From assembly GCF_009914755.1 (NCBI RefSeq), contig NC_060934.1: a stretch of 64,000 nt of DNA; one strand, 5' to 3'. Source of the stretch: the human T2T-CHM13v2.0 reference genome, Homo sapiens. The notes beneath the pieces are model-generated. The model was given only the letters and a program-made list of their open reading frames with translations. It had not been told where the DNA came from and searched no databases. Positions 18,826-36,207 of this stretch are shown piece after piece (the stretch's first letter is position 1; each line of letters begins with the position of its first letter). Made by a program: the position numbers and the translations under genes.

Positions 18826-19199
18826 TAGGATGCCACTCTAATCCTTTTGGTTTTGTAAGTTTTTAGATCTTCTTGTCTGGAGGGCTTTTATCTTTTGTCT
18901 TTGAAATCTAATAGTTTCACTGGGACATGTCTTGGGATTGATTGTTTTGGGTTAATTTTCCTAGGTATTTAGTGAGTCCTTCCAGCACGTAGATTCAGGT
19001 ATTTTCCTGTTTCTAGAAATTTTTCTTGAATCAAACATTTTAAATTTTAGCTCTGTTCCACTGTTTTGTTTTTATTTCAGGCACTCCAACAATAGAACTA
19101 TAATTCCTTCTTTGCCTGTCTCCTATTTTCTTACTTTCTCTCTGATCCTTTTTATTTATTTCTTTATGCCATTTCTTATCCTCTTCATTGCTTTCCTGA

Positions 19200-19507
<308 letters not shown>

Positions 19508-20082
19508 TGATTTTTTTTAATGTCGTTTATTAAATTTTAATTTACATCTATTATCCCTTGGGTGCCTTATGATTTATTTATTTCTGAGATAATTTTGTCT
19601 TTTTCTTATATTTTTTTCTGGAGTTCAATTGACAATCTTTTTATTCCTCCTTGCTTTTTGTCCATTTCTATTTGCACGTTTGAATTTCTGATTCAAGGTA
19701 TTTTATATATGCTGAAATGCAGACTTGAGAATATTTTATTCTGTTTGGAGTGCTGAGTTAGAATTTTGTTCCTCTTCATAGTTGGTCTCAGGGTGTAAGG
19801 AAGATTTTCCTCAAGTAATATGTGTGAAATATTATCTCCTTTTTCTGTTTTGTTTTTCAAAAGCTCTGTGTGGACTTGTTGACCTTCTTCTTGTCCGTTT
19901 TTATGGCACTGAGGTGTTTTACAGGATTCCTAGTTTAACAGTCGCCTGGTCTATCTGTACACAGGCCATGTTTGTTAGGGTGAAGTTCAAGAACGTTTCT
20001 GAGTCCTTTTATTTTGTGATGCTCTTTTCTTTTCATAGAACTCTAACTTTTCTTTTTTTTCTTTCTTTTCCCCATTTAACAC

Positions 20083-20479
20083 TGCTGTGGTTTGAATGTT
20101 TATCTTTTCCAAAACTCTCGTTGAAATTCAGTCCCCAATGTGGCAGCATTGAAAGGTGGGGCCTTTAATAGGAGGAAGATGAATTAATCCACTCATGAAT
20201 TAATAGATTAATGGGTCATGATGGGAGTGGGTTAGTTATCAACAGAGTGGGCCTGTTATGAAAGCCAATTTGGCGTACTCTAGCCTCTTGCCATGTGATG
20301 CCTCTGACCACCTCAGGACTCTGCAGAGAGTCCTCCCACCAGCAAGAAAGCCCTCACCGCGTGTGGCTCCTTAACCTTGGATTTCCCAGCCTCCAGAACT
20401 GTAAGAAGTACATTTCTTTGTATTACAAATTACCCAGTCTATAGTATTCTGTTATAGGAACAGAAGATGGACCAAGACA
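20083..20479 (+). mobile_element. MST-family (MaLR) solo LTR
   Basis: tgctgtggtttgaatg...accaagaca termini; TSD AACAC on both sides. Confidence 0.85.
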
Positions 20480-20581
20480 AACACCCAGTTGCCATTGGGT
20501 ATTCCTATTATCATTTCTGCCTTTTTCTTCCCCCTAGAAGCCATGCATTTTGAAGGCTGTCCTTTGAATTCTGTCTATCCC

Positions 20582-21268
<687 letters not shown>

Positions 21269-21616
21269 TAATAGTCCCTGCTGTGACCTGCTCAGACATT
21301 TTTTAAAGAATTTTCTATGTTTGGGTATACTTAATCATCTGACAATAATGCTAGACCAATGTAGGCCCTTTTCACTAGCTGCCCTCTGTATTGTCCCAAC
21401 TGTTTCTAGGGAACTGGGTCTACCTTTGTTCTCTACAAACACTTGTGGTAGGGTGAGGGCAGGTGCATGAGAAAAATCCAGGATTTTCTGACTTTCCTCT
21501 TTTTATTTACAGTTTTGAAAAGTGATTACACTTCTCTGTTTTATTTTCTGTCTTCAAGTTATAGAAAGTCTACCTTTTGTGTACATTTATTTTTCCTTTC
21601 TCATTGTTTTATATCA

Positions 21617-22314
<698 letters not shown>

Positions 22315-23142
22315 CTATTTTTAATTTAAATAATAAAGTAGCCTGATGTTAGCGAAAACTCTCTCTGAGGTCAGATGATTGCATTTGCAAAGTCCTATGA
22401 TGTCACATGGAAGGCAAATATCTGCAGTTTCTTAGTTCTGCTCTGACATGTGTGTCATCAGGAATAATCTCTTTGCCTCTGGTGTAGTTGGCACCGACAC
22501 TATCCCTTTCTCAAAATCTCTCCCATGTTGTTTGTGCTGGAACAGCCTCCCCACCCCTTCATTCTGTCATCCCTCTCCCTTGCCTTAACCCACAATTCTT
22601 CATGATGTTGATACTGTATTTGATATCCAAAAATGACAGCATAGTTTAGCTTTGGGGTTCAAACTGATGTCTGAGTTTTTGTGGGTTACAGCAGCTTGTT
22701 TTAATAAGAATATGGTTTTTGCTAATCTTGTCTGCAGAGAGGGACGGTATGGAAATTGCGAGTAAGGGGAACCTTATATTTTAATGTGTCATCAAATATC
22801 TGGTTTAGCAGGGGAAAAAGAGGCCCTTTACTGCAAATCATGTTTCCATTTTGCAATTCCAGAATGGAATGCTCAGAGCCTCATCCCCAGAGAGGTTGAC
22901 ACACTCTAGCATCTTGATGACACTGGGTCTGTCATAGACCAAGACAACACTGGTGGCTGCCACTCAAGGGACCATGCCAGTAAATGGTCATTTCAACAGT
23001 GGAGAGGGATTGGACGCATCCCTCAGTCTTCCCTCGTGTGGCATCCTTTGGGATACAATGCTTAGATCTTCATGACTGCCAGCCACAATTGGGTGCAGGC
23101 TGGTGTGAAGGAAAGGAAAGTGAGAGCCTCTGGGGAAATCTT

Positions 23143-23335
23143 ATCAGTTAGCTTTTGCAACATCACAAACCACCCCAACACTTAGTGGTTTAAGACAAGA
23201 ATTTATTTATTTAGCTTTTGATCCTGTGGGTTGGCAACTTGGGATGGACTTAGCAGTCCTTCTGGGTGGTTCTCTTGGTCTCAGCTGAGATCCCTCATGT
23301 GTCGGTGTTCAGCTGTGGGTTGGCTTGCTACCAGC
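23143..23335 (-). mobile_element. Old MLT1 LTR fragment
   Basis: acaaaccaccccaacacttagtggtttaa...ctgtgggttggc signature. Confidence 0.55.
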
Positions 23336-23587
23336 TACCACTCACCAGCCATGAAAACAAGGGAATATGCTGACTGTAGTCTCTGAACAAGGCAAATTTA
23401 GGTTGGCTCTTGGGTAAAGGCCTGTGGCCCAATCTAAGACGATGGTCCAACTAGATTAGCCCCATTAGTCCTTGGGCCTCACCACTGACCATTACCCAGT
23501 TGGGTGAGGGAGCAGACAGAGAGCTAGGTAGACAGGGATGCAGGGTCAGGTAGACAGTGACAAAGGGCCAGGTGGAGAGGGACATAG

Positions 23588-23980
<393 letters not shown>

Positions 23981-24219
23981 ATAGTCCCTCTCAATTCTAA
24001 TAGCCTGTGATAGAGCTTGACACTTGGATGGCAGGAAGTCTAGGCTGCAATTAGGTGATAATTTGTTGTTGGTGGTGGTGGTGATGGGAATCTGAAACAA
24101 CATCTTATTAACGTTGGAACCAATGAATGGAGTGAACTCAATTTACTATTCCTTTAATTGAACAAATATTTATTGGATTCCAGTGCAAAGAGTCCTGAAC
24201 CAGGAGAAAGAAGACCTAG

Positions 24220-24916
<697 letters not shown>

Positions 24917-26575
24917 AAACCTCCCAGTTATTTTAATAGAATTCAATATATGAAGAATTGTTATCTATGTAAGTAGAAAGGCAAAAAGCAAACTCTCAGG
25001 TGTAATGGAAGGTAGCAACTTCAGAAAGCAGCTACCACCCTTAAGCCTGGGGGAGCAAAGAGTAGAAGTTGAAATTATTAAAATTTGGAAGAATTAGAGG
25101 AGGAGCCCCACAGAAGTGAACCTCAGAGCTCCATGGAGGGGGCTCCAGGTGGCTGGAGCTGGCATCTTTGAGGGAGCACCATGTGGCTGGTGCTGCAGGA
25201 ATCAGTAAAACTGCAAACTCGGTTCTTTCACTGCTGAGGGAGGGAACTGCTACTGCCTGGGTGAAGCAGTGGGCCACGGTGCTGCTCATAGAAACAAGAA
25301 ACAGACCGGAAGGAGTGTGTCTGGCCTCTGGCCCCTCCTGGCAGAGCTTCTTGAAGAGCAGTTGGCAAAGCAGAAATGGGGCTTGCAGAGTCCCCCAACA
25401 TCTGAATGTGGGGGATTTGGAGATGACAAGCAATAACTAATAACCGGCCCAGCCTCTCACGAGCAGAGGGCTGGATATGTCAGTCCTGTGTCTGATCACT
25501 GGGTCATGAGAGCAGGGACTCTCTAAGGTTTTCCCAGCCCTGATGTTCTACAAGATTGGAATTTTCTACATCAAAATTTCTAGGTGGCCTCCAAGGTGGA
25601 GGAAAGGAAGAAAACAGCAGGCTAAGGGGAGAGTGTGAAGGAAGAGTCATCATTTCACTCAAACCCCACAGAGCAGCCAGGTGCTTGGTGCTGTGAAGGT
25701 CTCCTGCCAGAGCAGAAGGCAAGCAACCTCTCTAACAAATCTCTTTCCTGGGCTACGGCTGTTTGTTTGTATTAAAATGGGAACATGATAACAGAGCTAT
25801 TAGTAGCTCCATGCTCAGCTGTGCAAGGTAGGGAGTTAGAGCACTGAATTCAGTCACCGGAGAAAGAAGCTGAGGTCTCCTGATGGCCCTAGGATGAGGG
25901 CTGGGCTATCTGTGAATAGCAATGGGCTTAGGTCGCTGGGTTTGTCAAGCAGCCACGGGAGCTGCTGGGTCAGGTGAACCTGAGCTCCCCCTCGATGAGC
26001 AAACACAACTTGGACCATGTCCTCCACTGACGCAGAACCCGACTGCCCGAGCCCTCTGTGGCTGGGGAGCAATGCCATGGCAGAAAACGCAGTTCTGATC
26101 TGAGCTTGCTGGTCTGGTCTGGAGAAGCAATTCAGAGCCTGTAGGGCCCTGGTCGAGATGAGAGAAGGCAAGCCTGTGTGAAGCCAGTTCTGGTTCCAGC
26201 CTTGGAACTAGAAGACTGTGGGATGTTGGGTAAATCATTTCCAACCTCTAGGCCTCAGCTTCCTCATCTGTAAAAAGAGGCTTTGGAGAGGGTGGTCTTC
26301 AAGTTTCTTCCAGCACTAACAATCTAAATTATTCTATGTAGGAGAAAAATCAGAATTTATTAAACTTATAAAACAGATACATTTCTATCATGCTGCAAAA
26401 AAAAGATAATTTTTTCAATAGAGAATAAAAACTCTAATAGAAAACATGATGCAATTGTCTAACATATCAACAAATCCCAATAGATCATTACTAGGCTGTA
26501 CTAACAGAGAAGTATAGGGTAAAGACTTTGGGCAAGCTGCAAAACCTCTCTAAGCCTTCATCTTACCATTGATGA

Positions 26576-26908
<333 letters not shown>

Positions 26909-27586
26909 TAGCTCCCTGCCCCTCTCCACCCCATGCTCAGTGTATAAAATGGGGCATCAGCCTGGCCTAGACCTCACAGTCCTAGCAATGTCTTCCACCT
27001 GCTCTGCGCACTGTGGCTTCTGCAGTCTTGCTGCTGTGTTGGTTCTCATGTTTCCATTTCCCCTTCTCTTGCAGACCTGCCCATAGGGCCCAAGTCCCCA
27101 GTTATGCTCTTGGTCATCTTGGCCATGGTTCTGCCTACCCATTTCTGCTAGGCTGCCTCAGCCACAGTGATTAGTCACCTGGCCCAAACCTGTACCTTCC
27201 ACTCTCCTCCCTGATCAAAGAGAGGGATCACATGGGATGGTACCTTCCAAACCAGCTTTAGTTGCCAACAACTAGAAAACCATGCTCTGTTATAAAACTA
27301 AATAAACAAGAGATAAAGACAGAAGTTATCTTTGAATTCTTTGCAAAAATCTTCTCAAGGTGGTAGTGTCATATTGTTCATTGAATGCAGGATCTCCATC
27401 CTTCCTCCTGCTCTCTGGTGGACTTTGGCCAAACCACTTATGTGTACTTACAGGCTTTGGCAGTTCATCTGCTATAAAAAAAAAAAGGACAAAACATATC
27501 TCATAGCTTTGCCCTAAGTATGAAAGAGGACATAAGTACCTAACAGAGCTTGGCACATTAAAAAAACAAAAACAAAAACTCAATGT

Positions 27587-29009
<1,423 letters not shown>

Positions 29010-29134
29010 TTAAGATTGGTTTAAACTGCCCCATTCTGAGCACTGTGGGGTGTCATTGCCTTCCCAAAGACATCTCTAAATGCCTCAGCTTTACATTTCC
29101 CCCAGCTTCTTCCGACTCCAAGTTTCTTCTTCTA

Positions 29135-29511
29135 TAAGATGCTTAATTTGTGTCCCCACGAAATTCATATGTGGAAATCCTAACCCTAGTACCTTAGAAT
29201 GTGATTGGCTTTGGAGATAAGACCTTTCAAGAGGTAATTAAGGTAAAATGAAGCCCTATGGGGGCGCCTAATCCAACATGACTGTTGTCCTTAGAAGAAG
29301 AGATTAGGACACAGACGGGCAAAGAGGGAAGACCATGTGAAGACATGGGGAGAAGACTGCCATCCACAAGCCAAAAAGAGAAGACTCAGAAGACACCAAC
29401 CCGGCCAAAACCTTGATCTCGAACGTCCAGCCTCCAGGAAGATGAGACAATAACTGTTGCTGAAGCCACCGAATCTGTGGTGGTGTTACAGCAGCCGGAG
29501 CTGACCAGAGC
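29135..29511 (+). mobile_element. MLT1 (MaLR) LTR
   Basis: aaattcatatgtggaaatcctaacc...ccttgatctcgaacgtccagcctccag signature. Confidence 0.8.
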
Positions 29512-29777
29512 AGCCTCTCCTCTCTGCTCAGAGCATTCACGCTCTCACAGAAGCCCCAATCACCCCAGGCATTCGTGTGGGCCGCAGAGTTGACAGTTTC
29601 TGGAGGGTGGTTTCTGGAAAGTGGTTTCTGGAGGGTGCTTTTTGGATTTTACATCACAGCAGCGCACACAGATGGAAGACTGCACATGCGTCGCCTGCGA
29701 AGTCCCCTGTGCCGCCGCCGTTTTGGTGAGCCATCTTCTCTCCCTCCCTCCCCGCCAGTCCTCAGGAGTAGCCCCTA

Positions 29778-30243
<466 letters not shown>

Positions 30244-30331
30244 TTCTTCTGTGGTTTTTTTGAGGGGGAAGAGGCAAACAGTCTTGTCTCTCATCCCTCC
30301 AAACATTTTTTTTAACCTGGTAGTGGAATTC

Positions 30332-30698
30332 TTTTTTTTTTTTTAATGTAAAAGTAGACCTCATTCGTTTTATTTATTTATTTCTTCTAAAAAAAAAAAC
30401 AGGATACATGTGCAGAACGTGCAGGTTTGTTACATAGGTATATGTGTGCCATGGTGGTTTGCTGCATCTATTGACCCATCCTCCAACTTCCCGCTTCTCA
30501 CCCCCATCCCCCAACAGGCCCTGGTGTATGTTGTTCCCCTCTCTGTGTCCATGTGTTCTCAATGTTCAACTGCCACTTATGAGTGAGAACATGCGGTGTT
30601 TGGTTTTCTGTTCCTGTGTTAGTTTGCTGAGGATGATGGCTTCCAGCTTCATCCATGTCCCTGCAAAAGACATGAACTCATTCTTTTTTAGGGCTGCA
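30332..30698 (-). mobile_element. 5'-truncated primate L1 3' end (L1PA8A-like)
   Basis: L1 3'UTR and ORF2 C-terminal remnant (NEFMSFAGTWMKLEAIILSKLTQEQKTKHRMFSLISGS); TSD AATTCTTTTTT at 30327-30337 and 30699-30709. Confidence 0.9.
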
Positions 30699-30759
30699 AA
30701 TTCTTTTTTCAAACAATGTCTTATGCAGAAACCCCATATATGAAACATTTACACTTGTA

Positions 30760-31170
30760 AAACTTCGGGTGAAATTCACCTTATATAAAATTAAACATTT
30801 GAAAGTGAGCAATTCAGTGGCATTTAGTATATCACAATGCTGTGAAACCACCACTTCTATTTAGTTCCAAAACATTTTCATCACCCTAAAAAAAAATCCT
30901 GTGCCCATTAAGCCGATATTTCCCCTTCCCCCAGCCCCTGACAACAACCAGTCTGGTTTCTGGCTCTATGAATTTGCTTAACTCTGGCTATTTCCTATCA
31001 ATGGGATCGTAAAATCTATGACCTTTTGTGCCTGGCTTCTTTCACTTCGGGTGAGGCTTTTGGAGTTCCTCCTCGTTGTAGCATGTCAGTACTTCATTCC
31101 TTTTCATGTCTGAAGAATATTCCATTGTATGGAGAGACGGCATTTTGTTTATCCATTCGTCTGTTGAAAC
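30760..31170 (-). mobile_element. L1MB-like 3' fragment
   Basis: caattcagtggcatttagta...gaataattccattgtatgg-like L1M 3'UTR sequence. Confidence 0.65.
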
Positions 31171-31399
31171 ATACACACTTCTGCTCTGTTCCAACCAGAA
31201 GCGGGGCACTGAGCTCCCCCTCCTCATCTAGCTTCCTCCACCACCTCCAAGGAGCTCCTAAGGGTCCTCTGAGCTTGGTAAGATGCCTGGTCTCCGGGAA
31301 GCCTTTGATGAAATAAATGCTCATTTGTTTCCATGGAGTGGTCCTACCTTGTGGCAGGGGTAAGGCGCTTCCATTTGCCTGAAAGGCTCTGCCCTACAC

Positions 31400-32805
31400 A
31401 AAAATAGAAACTGGTTGCATGCATGCAAAGGATGGCTGAGTGGTAATAACTGGAGGAACTGCGGACAGCCGGAGGCTGCGGGGCCGGAGGGTCTTTGGGT
31501 CGGTACTCTGCCCCACCGGAGGTCCACAGGGCCTCCTCCATCCAGGGTGGGCCGGCAAGTCTGCCTATCAGCGATCTGGGCAAGCCTGCTACTTTTTATG
31601 ACCTCACTTGCCGAAACTCAAGCCACGCCTGGGTAAGTACATTCTGCACACTCCATAAACAGGTGCCAGACTGCCGCGTCATCACATTTTTGCAAGTTTT
31701 TGTTTTTTCTTTTTGTATGTGCGTTTCCACATTATTTACGGCGGAATTTGCCCAGGTGCAAACAGGAAGCCCTGGGAGCAGTTGGCTTATTTTTAGAAAG
31801 AAAGGTTTGTTCCCGGCCCGACTGCATAAAGGGCAAGAGAGAAGTGAGAGGTTCCTGGCGCAAGGCTCCTTGCAAAGGACAGTTCTGAGCTGCTAGGTGC
31901 GGCCAATCAGATGGCAGGGGCCGCTTTAGTTTGGATAAGCCTTTTCTGAAAGGAGCCCTGCTGATGTAATAACGGGGAAAATCCCTGTGTGAAAGGCCCT
32001 GAAACTGACGGGCTGGGAAACGCTGATTCCCTGTGGGCAGGAACGCTTGTCTAATTGCGACGGCCCTGCACGGCTCCTGCCCAGGTATGAAGTGCAGCTG
32101 GCTTGCACCAGTGCGAGGGCGGAGACGCGCTGCTTGAGGTGTGTCAGGGCCTCTGCTTAGAACTCGCGCAATTCTGAACGGAGGAGGAGAAAGTCCAGTT
32201 GCTGAAGGGCAGAATTTCCATGCGCCCGCAGCTTCCAAGTCCAGACCACCCCCGAATGTAAGTAGGAGGCAGAGATGTGTGCACCTTCGGTTCTGTCTTG
32301 GGAAAGCCGGAGAGGGTGGTGGTTGCAGAGTTCCCTAGAAGAGGATTCCAGACGCAGCCAGGCTTCCCTCGGCGGTTTTACAATTTACACCTCACCAGGA
32401 GTTTTGCCGGTCTCTTTAGTCTGTTTGTTTAAAAAGCTAGTTCAGATGCCTTGATTTTTAATAAGATTATTGTATTTAATTTGGTTAATGATTGTCACAA
32501 ATTAATATTACATTCAACCTTATGATTCAACCTGGAAGATACAAGGAAGTTAATAACTGATAAGGCAGTGATTCTTCTAACACTCAATATTTTCTAATGA
32601 GGGATCATCTTCCAAATGAACATAAAAAATAAATGGAAGTGATTAATTTTAAATGCATGCAGATTTTTACGTTCTCTGAGCATGTGATTGTGTGTGTGTG
32701 TGTGTGTGTGTGTGTCTACAGCAAAAGGCAAGAAAGGATTAAGGTATCATATCCTTTTGATTGAAGGGTTAGGAGTGAAAGAATTGAATGCTGTGGTGAC
32801 GTCAC
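31400..32805 (+). promoter_or_regulatory. CpG-enriched unique region upstream of the ATG exon: candidate promoter/enhancer
   Basis: Raised CpG; donor TGG|GTAAGT 31633; GGCCAATCAG 31901-31910; TGATGTAAT 31962-31970; kB site 31975-31985; GTGACGTCAC 32796-32805. Confidence 0.5.
32689..32715. repeat. (TG)n microsatellite
   Basis: Direct inspection. Confidence 0.95.
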
Positions 32806-33324
32806 TCAGTTTTCTTAGTTTGGAGGCATTTTAATTGGGCCTGTTTGAACCACTTCCATTTTATTTTCCAGTGATGGTTCAGTACGCATAGTGCAGGGTG
32901 GCTACGCAATCAGTGTTGCTTAAATGAATAAGCAAGTCAATGGGTGAATTTTAAGCTCTCCGAGGAAACGCTATGATGAAAACCATATTTCCATGAAGAA
33001 ATCTTCAATTAGAAGGCTGGAGTTTGAGGTTTATTTCCAACTTTTGGCCTCCCCAAACTGAGTCTTTGGCAAGCTCCTTACCTTTTCCAGCCTGAGTTCC
33101 CCCACTGGGTTAGACTGGTCATCTCTACGGCTCCAGCTCTAAAAGTCTATGATTCTTAAGGATTTTCTGTAATTTAGTTTTTCTAACTAGAAAAAGTGAA
33201 GGTAACACCTCTAGGCCTGAATATGTTACAGCGTCTTATGGAATTCAGTTGGATGAGGTCAATAAGTGTACTGGGCTTCTCTGTGAACTGTGTGGGAAGC
33301 ACCCTAATTAAGATGATCATTAAT

Positions 33325-33630
33325 AGGCCGGGCGCGGTGGCTCATGCCTGTAATCCCAGCACTTTGGGAGGCCAAGGTGGGTGGATTACGAGGTCAGGAG
33401 TTCAAGACCAGCCTGGCCAAGATGGTGAAACCCCGTCTCTACTAAAAATACAAAAATTAGCCAGGTGTGGTGGCGGGCGTCTGTAATCCCAGCTACTCAG
33501 GAGGCTGAGGCAGAGAATTGCTTGAACCCAGGAGGTGGAAGTTGCAGTGAGTCGAGATCGTGCCACTGCACTCTAGCCTGGGCGACAGAGTGAGACTCCA
33601 TCTCGAAAAAAAAAAGGCGGGGGGGAAGAA
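33325..33630 (+). mobile_element. Alu
   Basis: Alu consensus; TSD GATCATTAATA. Confidence 0.9.
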
Positions 33631-34357
33631 AGATCATTAATAAACCATGTCACTAAGTGAGCTCATGAAATGATTCTAGTTGACCTGGCAGTATGCTGCC
33701 TTACATGATCTCGTCTGGTCCCAATCTCCCATTTTCCTTAGCAAGAAAGCCATTCTGCCTTGATAAAAAGTGTGTGCAGAAGTGAAACTGATTTGATGAA
33801 ACAAGTGTTTAGAGTAAAAAAATAAAAACCATATGTTGTTGGAGAGCAGTGGATTTCACACCTCCTGATGTCTGACACCGAGCTCTGCCGTCACCAACAG
33901 TGGGAAACCAGCCACACTCTGAATTTCCAAACTGAACACAATTAGAAACAGAAAATAATCTGACAAGCAGCATTCCTCAGGCCCTTTGGCAAACGGACCC
34001 CTTTTGTCACTCCGTTTGTATATATACGTATATGTGTACGCTGGCACTAGCTCAGAGTCTCAGTAACAAACCCGTTTTTCAGAAGTGTCTGCCAACCCCG
34101 GGGTGGGGAATGAAAACACCAGCCCGTATTGGGAAAGAAACCTGGGTGGCAGATCACGAAAGAAAACCCTTCAAAAGTAATTTTCCATGATGTGACCGTA
34201 GAGATAAACATTTCCCATCATCTGGCTTTTGAGTTTGGGGAGATGAGCAGACAGAAAAAACCTCAGATCTTTTTTCATTTCACAGACGTTTATACCCTTT
34301 TGTTTCTTCCAGTCACCTCTGACAAAATTCTGGGGACGCTGGGAACACTGAATCAAC

Positions 34358-34390
34358 ATGGGCAATGAGAACAGCACCTCGGACAACCAG
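34358..34390 (+). CDS. TACC2: TACC2 first coding exon, CDS part (MGNENSTSDNQ); whole exon 34313-34390 with 45 nt of 5'UTR
   Basis: Pyrimidine tract + AG at 34311-34312; strong Kozak context aacATGG; in-frame TGA at 34349-34351 just upstream; donor CAG|GTGGGT at 34391; peptide matches the recalled TACC2 long-isoform N-terminus. Confidence 0.95.
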
Positions 34391-34614
34391 GTGGGTGTCA
34401 GGAAGCTTCTCTCTCGAGCTACGTGGTGCTCTTGGCAGACCTTGACTAGGTTCTTTTTACAGCGTCTCATCTTCACCCAGGAAGGAGCAAACAAGACAGC
34501 TTCTGCGTAGATGTGTGCGGGCATTTATGGATCTATGCAGCCATTTTTCATTTCATTGGAATTCTCTTACGATTAAGGCTAGCTCTAGTTAAAGCCGGAA
34601 ACGCTAATTCTACT

Positions 34615-35705
34615 TATTATTTATTATTATTTTTAAAGACATGGTCTTGCTCTGTCACCCAGGCTTGAATGCAGTGGCATGATCATAGCTCACTGCAGCC
34701 TCAAACACCTGGACTAAAGCGATCCTCCTGCCACACAGCCTTCCAAGTGTCTGGGACTACAGGCATGCACCACCACGCCTGGCTAATTTTTTAATGTTTA
34801 GGTTTTGTAGAGATGGGGTCTGGCTATGTTGCCCAGGCTGGCCTTGAACTCCCGGACTCAAGTAATTCTCCTTCTTTCACTCCCCAAAGCGCTGGGATTA
34901 CAAGTATGAGCCACCATTACAGGCATGAGCCACCAGGCCTGGCCTTACTTTTTATTCTGTCTTCTAAAACTGACATAAGAGAGATTGGCACATTTTTCCT
35001 AGGTTGTGTCCACCCATCAACTTACATGGATTTAGCAGAGGTTAAAATAAAACCTTTCCACACTGCTCCCCCAAATAAAGCTATGGCCATTAAAAATGAT
35101 TTTGAAATCTATCAGTGTTGGGCAGATTAAATGTGAGTGGTCATTCTCATGTTAAACAAGGTTTTCACAATTGAAGAATGGACTTTAACTGCTTAATTGT
35201 GCATAGGCTGAGATATTACAACATATTCAAGTTTTTCATTATCTATTTTAAGTTTGAAAGTTTTAACTTAATGCGTTGGTGAACAAAATCAGGAAGACAC
35301 TTTCTCATTTATCTCACACAAACTGGAAAATTTGGATTAATGACATTGAGTTCCTTGAACGAGAAAACTGGATCTAAAAACCCACATGCTGTAATTCATT
35401 TCCCTCTGCCTTTTTCTTCCCTACAATTTTTTTTTTTTGACAGAGTCTCTCTCTGTCACCCACGCTGGAGTGCAGTGGCACAATCTCCGTCTCCCCCCGG
35501 GTTCAAGCAGTTCTCCTGCCTCAGCCTCCCGAGTAGCTGGGATTACAGGGGCCTGCCACCATGCCCAGCTGATTTTTGTATTTTTAGCAGAGGCAGGGTT
35601 TCACCATGTTGGCCAGGCTGGTATCGAACTCCTGACTTCAGGTGATCCACCCTTCTCGGCCTCCCAAACTGCTGGGATTACAGGCATGAGCCCCCGCGCC
35701 CGGCC
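34615..35705 (-). mobile_element. Two antisense Alus (~34615-34944 J-like; ~35427-35705)
   Basis: Alu consensus. Confidence 0.88.
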
Positions 35706-35820
35706 TCTACAATTTTCTTTTCTCAAGCAAGAAAACAAAGTGTCAAAAGAAAAGTTGTCAAACTCCAGCATCTTTAGGGGCAGGCCAGAAACAACAATTG
35801 TGTTAAAAGACTGGGTGTGA

Positions 35821-36207
35821 CCATGGAATACTATGCAGCCATAAAAAAGGATGAGTTCACATCCTTTGTAGGTACATGGATGAAGCTGGAAACCATCATT
35901 CTGAGCAACCTATCGCAAGGACAGAAAACCAAACACCATATATTCTCACTCATAGGTGGGAATTGAACGATGAGAAGACTTGGACACAGGATGGGGAACA
36001 TCACACACTGGGGCCTGTCGTGGGGTTGGGGGAGGGGGAGGGATAGCATTAGGAGATATACCTAATGTAAATGACAAGTTAATGGGTGCAGCAAACCAAC
36101 ATGGCACATGTATACATATGTAACAAACCTGCACGTTGTGCACATGTACCCTAGAACTTAAAGTATAATTAAAAAAAAAAAAAAGAAATCCTGAGGGGGG
36201 GAAAAAA
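35821..36207 (+). mobile_element. 5'-truncated L1PA 3' end with poly(A)
   Basis: L1 3'UTR with G-rich tract; TT|AAAA site; 16-bp TSD AAAAGACTGGGTGTGA at 35805-35820 and 36208-36223. Confidence 0.92.

Noticed and set aside
31495-32238. 133-aa and 168-aa ORFs in the CpG-rich region
   Set aside because: No recognisable domain; stop-poor frames are expected in GC-rich DNA
34896-34934. 19-nt tandem duplication inside an Alu (a 14-nt one also occurs near 8595-8625)
   Set aside because: Ordinary slippage inside repeats, with no functional sign
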